Source: Phyllosticta citribraziliensis
Lineage: Eukaryota
NCBI RefSeq assembly: GCF_038025025.1
Contig: NW_027117347.1
Coordinates: forward strand, 1,612,001-1,676,000
Direction of reading: 5' to 3'
Length of the DNA stretch: 64,000 bases
Under the pieces are notes generated by a model. It was given only the letters and a program-made list of their open reading frames with translations, made no database searches and had not been told where the DNA came from. Shown piece by piece: positions 24,600 through 36,057 of the stretch (positions within the stretch are counted from its first letter, which is position 1; each line of letters starts with the position of its first letter). A program made the position numbers and the translations under genes.

Positions 24600-24951
24600 G
24601 GCGACGGATTTCTGTGATGAATAGGTGGTGTGGGTGATGAAGCTGGAGGATGTGGTGAGGTGCCCCGCGACCAGACATGAGGCCGGGGAGCTGGAGGGAG
24701 CTCTGATGATCGACGACCGGGGTGCACCGGCACTGCCCCGCCGCTGAGCACGTTCACTTGTCAACTCACGCGTCGAGGTCCCTGCCCACGTCACTGTCTT
24801 GAATTGACGCCCCGATGGAAGCGCAAAACTTACCTCCCCTTTGATACCGATACAACCTCATGTCGTTGTAATCTGAGCTCCTCGTATCCCGATACGCTCC
24901 CAACGCCGCCTCGACACCTCTCAGATTCGCCGCCTTCACCGTCTGCCCATC

Positions 24952-26127
24952 ATGCCGCTCCATCTGCTAGGGAAAAAGTCATGGAACGTCTACAATCCCG
25001 CAAACATCGAACGCGTCCGGCGTGATGAGGCTGCCGCCCAGGCGCAAGAAGAGGAGGAAGAGCGCCGTTTGGACGAGATTGACGCGCAACGACGGATGGC
25101 CATTCTTCGAGGCGAGAAGCCGCCGTCTCCACCACCGGAGCTGGCTGAGAAGGACGAGGCAAATCACAGCAATCACGACGGCCGGGGATTTGTCAAGAGG
25201 CGAAAGATTCGTGGAGAAGATGACACGGACAGGGACATTCGCGTGGCAGCAGAGGTTGCCAAGCAGGGACAGGACATGCAACAACAGCTGGTCAAATTTT
25301 CGGCGGACAAACAAGCAGATGTTCCTCTGACTGACCATGCCGGACACATCAACCTCTTCCCCATCGATCAGCGTGCCTTGAAAAAGGCCGAGAAGAATGC
25401 TGAGCGGGAGGCGGAAGAGGCAAAGAAGAAGCGCGAATATGAGGACCAATACACAATGCGTTTTTCCAACGCCGCGGGAAGGAATATTTCTGGCCAACCG
25501 TGGTACACCAATTCATCAAAGGCGACCGTAGAACCGGAAGAGGGGGAGGATCTTGAATTGGCCGAGGCGGCCGGCAAGAATGTCTGGGGCAGAGAGGATC
25601 CAATGCGCAAACACCGAGAGAAGACACGAATCACAACCAACGACCCACTAGCCTTTATGAGCAAGGCTCAAGTACAGCTCAAAAAAGCCGAGCGAGATCG
25701 GAAGAGCTGGGCTGCTGAAAGGGAGCGGGAAATGGTGGCTATGAAGGAAGCGGAGGAGAATGAGAGACGACAGCGCAAACGAAGGCACTCTCACAGGGAG
25801 CGTCATCGCAGGGACAAGGACGGCGTGGAGGTGGACGAGCTCGAGGGGTTCAGCCTGGATGCGCCCGGTGGCAATGATTCAAAGTCGCGGCATGAAAGGT
25901 CGCGTGAGCACAGGTCTCGACATCATCGTAGCCACAGGAGCAGGAGTCATAGCAGAGAAAGGCACAGACATCGGTCGCGGCGCAGTAGGAGTCGAGAGAG
26001 GGAGTCGCACAAGTCACATCGGGCGCAGAGTCCCAATGGACATGGAGAGGATGACCGTCACCGTTCGAGCGCCCGCAGACGTCTAAGTCCTGGCGCCGAA
26101 AGAGTCAAGAAGGGTCATGGGGCGTGA
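24952..26127 (+). CDS. Cir_N-domain (CBF1-interacting corepressor N-terminal) protein, LENG1-like, with RS/RH-rich tail; probably spliceosome-associated
   Basis: Single-exon 391 aa ORF; MPLHLLGKKSWNVYNPANIERVRRDE, GHINLF, YEDQYTMRFSNAAG, PWY, NDPLAFM; Arg/Ser/His-rich C-terminus. Confidence 0.8.
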   Translation: MPLHLLGKKSWNVYNPANIERVRRDEAAAQAQEEEEERRLDEIDAQRRMAILRGEKPPSPPPELAEKDEANHSNHDGRGFVKRRKIRGEDDTDRDIRVAAEVAKQGQDMQQQLVKFSADKQADVPLTDHAGHINLFPIDQRALKKAEKNAEREAEEAKKKREYEDQYTMRFSNAAGRNISGQPWYTNSSKATVEPEEGEDLELAEAAGKNVWGREDPMRKHREKTRITTNDPLAFMSKAQVQLKKAERDRKSWAAEREREMVAMKEAEENERRQRKRRHSHRERHRRDKDGVEVDELEGFSLDAPGGNDSKSRHERSREHRSRHHRSHRSRSHSRERHRHRSRRSRSRERESHKSHRAQSPNGHGEDDRHRSSARRRLSPGAERVKKGHGA

Positions 26128-26441
26128 CGCATGTCTGTGTAGAGCAGGACGTGTCAGATAGTCTTTCCATGGTAATTGATACCCGAACTTGGTGTTTTGG
26201 AGCTAGAGCAAGGGCCTAGGCAGTTGGTCGATTGGGTGCTTGACGTGGCAGTGGTTTCCTGCGACCGATTGAATGTGAAGGCAAGACGATGGCTGAGTGA
26301 GTCAGATGGTATTCCAGCACTGCAGAGCAATCAGAATGAAGTCGAGTAATGATGAGCCATGATGAGGGCGAGGTGTCGATGCGAGGGGAATCGAACTGTT
26401 CGCGGGCGCTGGCGCGGGCAAGTCTTGGCGCACAGACCACG

Positions 26442-26449
26442 CACGTGAC
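26442..26449. promoter_or_regulatory. CACGTGAC (Cbf1-type E-box) upstream of RPL19
   Basis: Exact GTCACGTG on the minus strand about 110 bp upstream of the ATG. Cbf1 sites are known in ribosomal-protein promoters of several ascomycetes. Confidence 0.4.
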
Positions 26450-26557
26450 CCGCCCACAAACCGGCAGCGAAACTTTAGCGAGTCTTTCAAATCCCCTCTG
26501 CAACCACGACCCTACTAACGAACCAGGACATCGACCAGCCGACGACAATCATCGAAA

Positions 26558-27468
26558 ATGTAAGAACCGCCCGATACCTCGACGTCGCGTTGCCGGCAGA
26601 GCGAATTGCACTCGTTCAAACGCGGATTCCCTCACGCCCAGGCGTTGCACCGCTCTTCGCCGGCCTCGCCTCGCCACCTCGTCCACAGCGGCCTCACCAC
26701 CTGCACTGAGAGCGTCGCTGACTAGAATGTCTTTGCAGGGTCAACCTCCGTACCCAGAAGCGCCTTGCGGCGTCCGTCGTCGGTTGCGGCCAGCGCAAGA
26801 TCTGGCTTGACCCCAACGAGGTCAGCGAGATCTCCAACGCCAACTCCCGCCAGACCATCCGCAAGCTGGTTTCCGATGGCCTCATCATCAGGAAGCCCGT
26901 CACCATGCACTCCCGTGCCCGCGCCAGGGAGCTCACCGCCGCTCGCCGCATCGGTCGTCACCGTGGCTACGGTAAGAGGAAGGGTACCAAGGACGCTCGT
27001 ATGCCCAGGTAGGCGCCGACCCGAACCCGACCGAGGACCTCGAAAAACCAACAAAAAACCTCGAAAATCTTTGGGACATTCGCTGATGTGGTGGGATTAC
27101 AGCCAGGTTCTGTGGATGCGCCGTCTCCGTGTCCTCCGTCGTCTCTTAGTCAAGTACCGTGCCAGCGGCAAGATCGACAAGCACCTCTACCACGAGCTGT
27201 ACCACCTCAGCAAGGGTAACACCTTCAAGCACAAGCGCGCCCTCGTTGAGCACGTACGTTTTCTTCCCGATGCACCACAGCTCCATCAAAGCGCTTACAA
27301 TTGTTGCAGATCCACAAGGCCAAGGCTGAGAAGCAGCGCGAGAGGATCCTCCAGGAGGAGATGGACGCCAAGCGCGCCAAGACCAAGGCCGCTCGCGAGA
27401 GGAGACAGGAGCGTGTCTCGGCCAAGAGGCTGGCGCTCGCGGCCGACGACGAGGAGAAGAAGGCTTAA
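26558..27468 (+). CDS. RPL19: 60S ribosomal protein L19 (eL19)
   Basis: The start codon is split AT|G by intron 26560-26738. [28 protein letters not shown]...[12 protein letters not shown]...[28 protein letters not shown]; stop TAA at 27466-27468. Three introns. Confidence 0.97.
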
Positions 27469-28006
27469 GCGGCGGCGGCACCATCAACACTACTACTCGG
27501 TTTCGGCAGTTGTGGCACTGGGGAGGTGACGTCGGGCGTGGTTCCTTCATGAAAGGGGAAAATGGGGTCCACCTTTCTACAAATTCTCCATCGGCAACAG
27601 AGGTCACGGTTTCTTCATGTACGTCCCAAATGAGCATTGAACGCTTTCGGACCACCCCACGATGTCCTGTTGCCTGCCTGCTGCATGCTCTCGTCTTTGA
27701 CCGAGGGTTTTCTTCGGTTGCGGATGAGCAGCTGCTGGGCACACATGACAGCACCTGGCGGGTTCGAATTGGTCGGAAGGTTGCGGTTAAAATGCAGGTG
27801 TTGGGGGTTCCAAAAACAATCAACGAGCTTCTGCTTGGTCCATCCTTTTTTGCACTGAATCAGTGATTGATTGACGTCACCGGGTAGGCTTGCCTGAGCT
27901 ACCACGATGCCAAACCTACTTCATGTATTCTCTACATCTTCCACCAGCTCCGCCCATTGCCTTCACCTTCCGCGTCACCTCTCCCTTCCTACTCCCTACC
28001 CACCCA

Positions 28007-28916
28007 TCAAACATAATTCGAAATCCTACACCACGACGTCAGCAAAGCACATCACCCACGGCACAGCAACAAAGTCAAATCACTCACTCAACCAGATTCC
28101 CATCTGGATCCCTCACATACACACTCCTCAGCTTCCCCCTCGCCCCCGTCCGCTGCACCACCACATCACCTTCCTCTCCCTCCGCTCCATCCTCTGTGCC
28201 CTTCCCCTCCCCATCCCCCACCTCCTCCCCCAAAGCCCCAAACCTGAGCAACCGCACTCCCCCGGCTGCCAGTGCTTCTGCCACGCGCTCGACGGGCGTG
28301 TCGGTCAGCAGGCAGAAGTCGGCTGTGCCGGGGAGCGGCGACGAGGCGTGGGGCGCGTAGGGAGAGGACGCTGCGTGCAGGTTTATTTTTTGGGCGCCGA
28401 AGAGGAGGGCGTGTCTGGTTTGTGGGGTGGTTAGTTGGTGTTGAGTTGGGGAGGAGGGTGGCGGCGTCCGTCCATCCGTTTATGCGGGCCGAACAGAAGG
28501 AAAATTAAAGAAGACGGTATGGTATGTATGTAGGGTACATGTAAGGCAGGCACCTAGAAACAACGCCAAAAGAAAAAAAACTCTATCTCTCTATCCGTCT
28601 ATCTGTCAATCATTCAACGACCACGATCCTGTACCCGCTCCTCTCTCCCCCTCTTTTTCCCCCTCTTTTTCCCACCAAAGCCCAAACCCCAAACTCAAAA
28701 CACAAAAATAAAAGAAAACAGAACAGAAAGAAAGCAAACTGACCGAACCTCCCCCTCGCCTCCCGCAGCAGCAGCCGACGTAAAAGCCTGATACCGCATC
28801 CCCAATTGCCTCGTATAAAAGGCGATGCTGGCGTCGACGTCGCGCGCGTAGAGGACGAGGTGGTCGAGCGCGCCGATGGTGAAGGCGGGCGCTGCTGGTG
28901 TAGGTGTTGAGGACAT
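28007..28916 (-). CDS. Glyoxalase/VOC-superfamily protein (GLOD5-like)
   Basis: IGALDHLVLYARDVDASIAFYTRQLGM...R|HALLFGAQKINLH...PGTADFCLLT...VVQRTGARGKLRSVYVRDPDGNLVE|ISNYV*. Introns at 28415-28743 and about 28026-28088. Confidence 0.9.
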
Positions 28917-29316
28917 TGTGTTCTGTAGCTTGGATGTCGCTTGGTCGAAGTTGATTGGTTTCCGTAGGAGGGGAGGAGAGGAGAAGTAGAGGAAGGAGAT
29001 GGAGATGGCTGGTTGTTTGGTTGTTTGGTGTATGACTCGCACGTAGGCAAGTAGTTGCGAGCGTGGTGCCGTGCTAGCCGGGGATGAGGAGGAGGACGTC
29101 TTGCGTCATGCGGCTTCGGTGCTAGCTAGGTGCGTTACCTAGAGGCGGCTGTCCACGTCAATGTAACCAGACCGGGAACTAATGAGGGATGATGCGATGG
29201 CTGGTGGATGCCGGATAGCGATATTGTGCCATAGGGCTGCTTTTTGTATTTCTATACAAATGTATGTGTATGTGTGTCTACACAATATCTACAACAACGC
29301 CAATCCACGCCCAGGT

Positions 29317-32300
29317 TTACCTCTGCTTCTTGCTCCCCCGCCCACCCCTCGCACTCTTCGCGCCCCTCTTATCCCCCTTGGCACCCCCTCCCGCGCCCCC
29401 TCCGCTCTGCACAACCCTCACCTTACCCACAGGCACGACGCCATAGACCTCGCTCTCCTTCCACGCGCGGACAGTCTCGATCTCGCGCGGCCAAATCTTC
29501 TCGACGTCGCGGCTCTCACGATCGACCCAGCGGCTCTCCTTGAACGCAAGGTCCCAGCGCGCCAGAATCTCCTTGACCGCCTTGCCCTTCTTGACCGACC
29601 CGGGCTGCAGCTTGACCTTGTACTTGTACGTCGCGAGCGCGCTCCACGGCGCGCACACGGGGACCGCGCAGACAATGTCGTCGCCGGGCAGCGGGCGGCC
29701 CGTAAACGCGTCAATGTCAATTGTGTGCTGCAGCTCCTCTTCGCCGGCCGCGGTCTCCGGGTCCTCACCCAGCGCGCCCTCGAGCGCCTGTCGCCGCTTT
29801 TCCTCCTGCGCCAGCCCCTTTTCTTGCGCCCGCAGGTGCTGCTCGCGCCGCCGCTGCTTCTGCGCCTGCGCCTCTTCCTCCTTGCTCTGCTTGCTCTCTT
29901 TGGCTTCCGCCTGGCTTTCGCCCGGCTTCTTGACGCCGAGCAGCCGCAGCGCCAGTTCGCGGTCTTCCTCGTCCTGGTCGGCGTACTTTTGGGCCAGCTT
30001 CTTGGCTTTGCCGCGCTTGCCTCGCGGCCGAGGTGCTGGCTTGTCCTGGCCCTTGTCCTTGTTTGTGGTCTGAGTGGTCGTAGATGGAGCCGGTGCGGTT
30101 GAGACCGCGTCGTCTTCGTCGTCGCTGCCGTGCTCTGAGCCGCTTGATGAGGCCTTGGGGATTTCGTCGGGTTTGATGCCCTTCCGGATGAGACGGCGTT
30201 CGCGTGCGGAAAGGTGGCGTTTGCCGGATTCCTTCTTCTCTTCCTGCGCCTTTCCGACCTTTTGAGGAGGCTCGGTGATGACTGGTTCTGGCTCTGCTTC
30301 CTCGTTTACTTTGTCCGCGTCCTCTTCTACACCTTCACCAGGCTCTTCTTTGTTGTCTCCAGCACCGGTAGACTGCAGTGGGTCATTCCGCCCAACCTCT
30401 CCTTCATCTCCACTGTCTTCAGAAGCAGACTCGAGCTTGGCGTCGGGAAAGTCCTCGTCGCTATCACTATCATCGTCGTCCTTGTTCTGCTCTGCCTCAT
30501 TCTCCTGGGCGCTCCCAGAGGGACGGGGAGGGGTGGGACCATCATTGACTCTGTGCTTGACGTGATTCTTCTTGCTTTCTTCGCTAATCTGGAACATGAC
30601 CGCAAACCCAAGAAGGAGCTGGGCAGGGGGCAAAAAGTTCTTTTTCCCCTGGATGGTAAAGCCGCCGGCCGTGAGGTACTCGCCAGTTGGCGCCGTCTTG
30701 CTCACCTGGTCGGCATTCACCCACCAAGCGGACATGACAGCCTTGGAATCCCAGGCGCTAGAAGTGGCGACGGAAAGATTTCCAGCTTGCGAGAGCGTCG
30801 AGGGCGGGATGGGTGCGTCGGGTGTGGCTGGGTTGTTTTTGATGATGACAGACGCGGCGCCTTGCAAATCAGCATGCACGTAGACGTCGCCCTTTGTCAA
30901 ATGTCGCCGGTAGAGGATTTCGTTTTGTGTGGCATCCTTGCCGCTGTGTCACGGGTCAGCGTCGAAATCAAGAACAACTAACAAAACTTACCCAAGCACA
31001 AGATAGCCCTCAGAGGATATAAAGTAGATGAATTTTTCAAACCAAAACTGCTTTCGCACGGGTCTCAGAACCTCCTTTTCTTGGTTCAAACCCTTTTTGA
31101 GTTCAGTCTCAATCTTCTTCTGAGTGCTCTTGAGTGCCTTGTCGGAAGCCTGCAGAGTGCGCTCCTCCTTTTGAGCCGCCGTCTTCTTTTGCTCAAAGTA
31201 AAGCTTTGCGTTTGCCCAAGGCGAAAGGCCGAGATTGATGTCAATTGAGAGCCGCTTGTCGACTGCCTTGACATTTTCCTTGCCTTTGGTCGCACTCTCG
31301 TCCTCCGATTCGCTCTCCGTCTCGCTGCCCTCAAAGTCGTCTTCATCCTCTTCCACACCTGGCTCGGACAGTAGCAAGGTGACGCTGTTTTCGTGCAGCT
31401 TCAACGGGAGCTTAATCATTTCCGCGACTGGATTGTGTTGGCTCTGCTCTCTTTCAATGAGACGAGCGATCTCGACCCAGTCCATGCCCTTTTCGATCAG
31501 ACTGTTCACCGCCGCGACGGCCTCGGAGACCCAGTCGACATTGGCTTGGATGGCTTCGGCTTTTCTGATATTTAGCTCTTGAACTTGCTGCAGACCACCA
31601 ATGCGCTTCTGGTGCTCTTGCTTTGCCTGTTCGAGCTTGCGCTGCGCAGCCAATTCCCTCTCCTGCAAGCGCGACTCCAGCTTTTGGCCTTCTATCGAGG
31701 AAAAGAATTCGTCGACAGTCTTGTTGAACCCTTCAAATTCAAGGAACGCCAGAGATGGATCATTCTCAAACTGCTTGGGTTTGAATGGATGGAAGTCGTC
31801 ATAGAGCAGCTTTTCAGCTGCATTGCCGTCTTGACCGCCATTGGCATTCTTCTTTGCGATGATGAAGCCGCGAGCCGTTTCTGCGCGGGTGATTTCCGCG
31901 TCGACTCGCTTGGCTTCTTCCAACGCCGTCATCAGACTTTCCAGGGTGGCTTCATCTTCAAGCACAAGCTCTGGCTTGGTTTGTCCATCAAAGCCAGTTA
32001 CGTGGAACGCATGGTCGACAAGCATGGGCGGCAACTCCGTAATGCTGGTTGCGAGCGCCCTTCTAAGCGCATCCTTGTGCTTATTCTTCTTGGACTTGCG
32101 GTCCTGCGCCTCTTGTTGTTTTTCCAATGCCTTTTCAAGTCCCTCTTTGACGCGGTTCTTGGTCAACTCGGGTACTCCGTTGTAGTTTTGGCGGAGTGAG
32201 AGGTTGTATTGCAAGCCGACCCTCAATCGCTCGTGCTCGGCACCTTCGTCGACCGTCCGCAGCAGACTCAGAATGTTCAATTCGGCATCGGTCAAAACAA

Positions 32301-32718
32301 TGTTGCCACCGGCGTAGAATTCCAAAAAGAGCCGGTAGAGTCCGTCGGAAAACTGCAGCTCGATTATGCGGTCAGTGCCGACCTGGGAAACCTTGGTGAC
32401 ACGTCTTGTTTTTAGGAATTTGCGCAGCCGAACGACAAAGGGCGATGGGGCGGAGGCGGTGGTCCGCGAGAATTCGGTGAGGTGGCATCGGAAGCCCGAG
32501 TCGACAATGAGCTGTTCGCGGTGGTTCGGTTTTTGGAATTTAAAGAGGAATATGCGCTACATTGTGTTAGAGAACCTGCAGGTCAAGCTGTGGGGGGTTC
32601 CGGGAGTGGGACCTACGGTGGAGAGATCGTAGATGTTTGCTACACGGAGCGAGCAAATGGAGCTGGAGAGCTCGTGAGCGATAACCTTGACGTCTAGAGA
32701 GCTGAATCTCTGCTTCAT
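29317..32718 (-). CDS. RQC2: Ribosome quality control complex subunit Rqc2/Tae2 (NEMF)
   Basis: MKQRFSSLDVKVI...; LEFYAGGNIVLTD; WFEKFIYFISSEGYLVLGGKD; YVHADLQGAAS; QVSKTAPTGEYL; VPVCAPWSALATYKYKVKLQPGSVKKGKA. Two introns. Confidence 0.95.
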
Positions 32719-33055
32719 GTTGCAAGTGGGGGGAGTGGTGGTTGTGAGTCGCGCCGCGGGGTCGAGGTTTGCGCTTCAACCTGTCAAATCGCATGTGCGT
32801 CATCGTCATGGTCAACGCCAAGCCGAGAGCCACCCCCGACGGGAATTATAGAACAACCATAAAAGTGATATCATTCGTCTCCCGCGATCTACGCCTCCAT
32901 ACTGACTGCAGGCCCGTTTTCCTTTGCTATTGAATCCGTGACACCATAATTGAGCTTCGGTCCGTCTCCAACCTGGCCTCACATTCCACCTGGACGGCCC
33001 AGTCCATGCCAGCTCGCGCCCTTCACCATGTCGTATATTCCCAGGCCCGCCAGCC

Positions 33056-33703
33056 TCAACCAAATTGTTGTGCAAGACTTTTGCCAATGAATGATCTCGC
33101 AAACTTCCACCCGTTGACAAGGCCCTGTTCTGAGAGGTCGATGTTTTTGGCGCTAAAGTCTGCCACGGGCGGTGGGCTCACGCGAGCCGCAATGGCGCGA
33201 GGATCCGTCTCGAGAATAATACCGTCGTCTACAATCTCATCGACTGCGAGGGCCACCATGTCAAAGTGCTCGAAGATTGTGCGCTTGTCGGGAGGAGTCC
33301 TGGGCCTGGTCAGCGACTATCAATCAACGATTGGGGAAGCTTACTTTAGCACTTGGAAAAGCGAGTCCCTCAGCGCGAGGACGACGCTGTAGAGCAATAT
33401 CTCATTCTCGCTGGCGTCACCGACCACGTAGCAGATGACGTCTTGGCACTGCTTAAACACAACCAGCCTGTTGTCGTAGAGGATGATGTCGCACTTGTCG
33501 GCCTGGCTGGCGGTCTGCTCGTGCAGCTTCTTTTCAAAGTTCTTCTGGCCTTCTACGGTGGGATAAGGGTTGGCGCCGGGATAGCTTCTGTCCTTGGTGC
33601 CGCTGGGCTTGTGGGGGGCGTCGTAGTATTTTGCGAGGATGCGCGACGCATCGTCCTTGGCGAGGATCAATATGGCATTGACCGAGTACAGCGACAAGGC
33701 CAT
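33056..33703 (-). CDS. RET3: Coatomer subunit zeta
   Basis: MALSLYSVNAILIL...RILAKYY...NPYPTVEGQKNFEKKL...ENEILLYSVVLALRDSL...DKRTIFEHFDMVALAVDEIVDDGIILETDP. One intron. Confidence 0.93.
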
Positions 33704-33891
33704 GGCGGGTTGTGGCGGCGAGGAATCGGTGGAGAGGTAGGAAATGGGGATTCCCCTTGGGCGGAGCGGTAGTGAAGCTCGGTGCAGGTGGCCTCTTGGA
33801 CTGCCGTGGAGAAATCGCTCACCGCCTTTGGCGCTACTCCACCACAGCTCCAGCAGCCGCCGACCTACCTTACTGCCGCAACACCACCTCA

Positions 33892-36057
33892 ATGGCCATG
33901 GCAAGACATTACCCCCTCACGGCGCTGGCATGGCGACGTGCGCCCGCCCTCGTGCCTCGTGCCGCCACCAGGCTCCAGTTCCATACATCCCACATCGCCG
34001 CCAATGACACTGGCACCTCGTCTGCATTTCTGAGCAAAAGAAGACGAGTGGCGAAGCTGGACAAGCGCCCGGGCATTAATATTGCGCAATCTGAGGTTTG
34101 AGCTTTTGCGCCTCCTCGAGAAACCTGCTAATCATTTCAGGACATCGAAAATTTCCTGAGCCTAGCGGAAAAAGCCAAAATCAACGCCGCAAAGCTGCAA
34201 GAAGTCGCCGATCAATACCCCCTCATGGTGGAGAAGGGTGTCGTCCACCAAAGAATGACGAATCTGCTCGCTGAGATGCTTCACACCAATTTCCGCAATG
34301 CGCACCCGGGAAACAAAAATCTTAAACATCCACCGCCCTTCATCTTCGATTTTGCACAACGACTCGCAGAGGATATGCGCGCTGGCAGGATTTGGCCTTC
34401 GCCAGTCGCCACCTTGCGCCTCATCTCCTTGTGCAAGGAGAGCAAACAACCCGAAAAGGGCAAGGCTTACTGGGCCATGCTCGTGGACAAGGAGGGAGCA
34501 GTGGACGCCGGGACGTATGGGAGCTACATTGAATTGCTTGCAGAGGAGGGAGCTACTCCGCTGGCCGAAATGGAGGCCTTGTACCAAGAGGCTCTGGAGC
34601 GATTCCCTGGAACATTTGCGGCCTACCATCTCTCGCCCAATGCTATACTGCCCGACAGGAAAAAGGCGGCATGGTTTACAGGCATGTCTGCCCACCTGCT
34701 GCAGGGCATCACCACCGCCCGTCTCGTCCACGGCGACTGGAAAAATGCATACTTGGCCCTGGACACGGCTTTTCGTGTGTGGGCCACTCAAGTCCCTGCT
34801 CGGTTTTTGCAGCTGTTTCGCGACCATCGACCAACCCCAGAGTCGTATCGCATATTCATGATGGCCTGTCAAGGTGGCTGTCTGGTCCGACCTCGAGACT
34901 GTGTGATCCAGACATCCATGGTTCGTGATGTCTTGAGAGACACGTCAATCGCGGACCGCGGAAAAGTCTTGTTGAGCACATTAGATGCCTTTACCGCTTT
35001 TGTCGGCGCCGGCGGCGCTCCCGTTCATCACTTCGTGACGCTCCTGATGAAGAACTTGGAGGGAGTGGTTCCCTCGCCCTACCAGAGAGAACCGGGAGAC
35101 CAGGAGATTGCCGACCTGGTTGCTCGCACGGGACGCGAAATCTACGAAGACTTTGCCAACGCTGGACTTCCTCCGCGCATGGTCACCTTGGCATCTCGCA
35201 TCCACCTTCTCGGGAAGACATTGAACGCACAAGAGCTTGGCATCGCCATGAAAGACGCCAAGCATCTGCGCTCCGTGGAACTGGGCGTTACCGGCAGCTT
35301 GGAGCGAAATGTCCTGCTCGCAGCGGGCAAAATCAAGCACCGCGATCTGCTTGTCGAGGCGTGGAAGGATCTGGCGGCTACAATGGTTAAACCTAGGTCA
35401 GAGGACTGGCATTGCCTGGCAGTCGCCTGCAGGGACGCCGACTTCAAGTCGTTTTTCACGTCCGAGTTTGCCAGTGCTAGGGACGTCAAACCGCACGAAC
35501 ACAAAGCTATCATGTTCCAGTTGGACTGGGAGTTCCAAAAGTCCACCGGGACCAAGTTCAAGTCCATGTCCGTGGAGGCTACCCAGGAACTCATGGATGC
35601 TGTCAAATCCAAAGTCTCAGCAATCACGGGGATGCTCCGCGCCAACAAGGGTCTCGATTTCAACGCCAGTCCGACGCCTATGGACTTTGACGGCGTGCGT
35701 GTCGGCACACCAGAGGCCATGCGCGAAGTCTACGACAAGCTGACGACGGACCCGCTCGCACCAGCTCCCGTAGAGGACGACGGACAGAAGAAGACGATTA
35801 CAATGAGCTCGACAGGCATCCCGATGGAGGAGCTCCGTTTCCGCAACTGGGTCGGCATGACGGAGCTTCTCAAGCACGCCGAATTGCATGAGCATTACAA
35901 GGTCAATTACAAGGTCTCGAACCAGAACAAAAGCAGTGTTTGGGTTCGGCCACCACCAGAGGCCATGAAGCCCATTGATGACCCGGCCGAGCTGTTGGAG
36001 GAGGTTAAGCGATTGAGGGGCATTACAGAAGTGCCCAAAGCGCCGGATGTTTTGTAA
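33892..36057 (+). CDS. Probable mitochondrial helical-repeat (PPR-like) protein
   Basis: Arg-rich presequence-like N-terminus (MAMARHYPLTALAWRRAPALVPRAATRLQFHTS), intron 34096-34140, then a long open frame with PPR-like segments (GTYGSYIELLA, HLLQGITTARLVHGDWKNAYLALDTAFR). The family assignment is inference. Confidence 0.7.

Noticed and set aside
27755..27780. GGTTCGAAT T-loop/B-box-like motif
   Set aside because: No cloverleaf or T-stem pairing surrounds it, so it is not a tRNA.
28415..28743. Possible recursive or twin splice site (TTCTAG|GTGCCT) in the 329-nt glyoxalase intron
   Set aside because: The internal donor is a poor match with no well-placed branch site; the extra length is explained by simple-sequence expansion.
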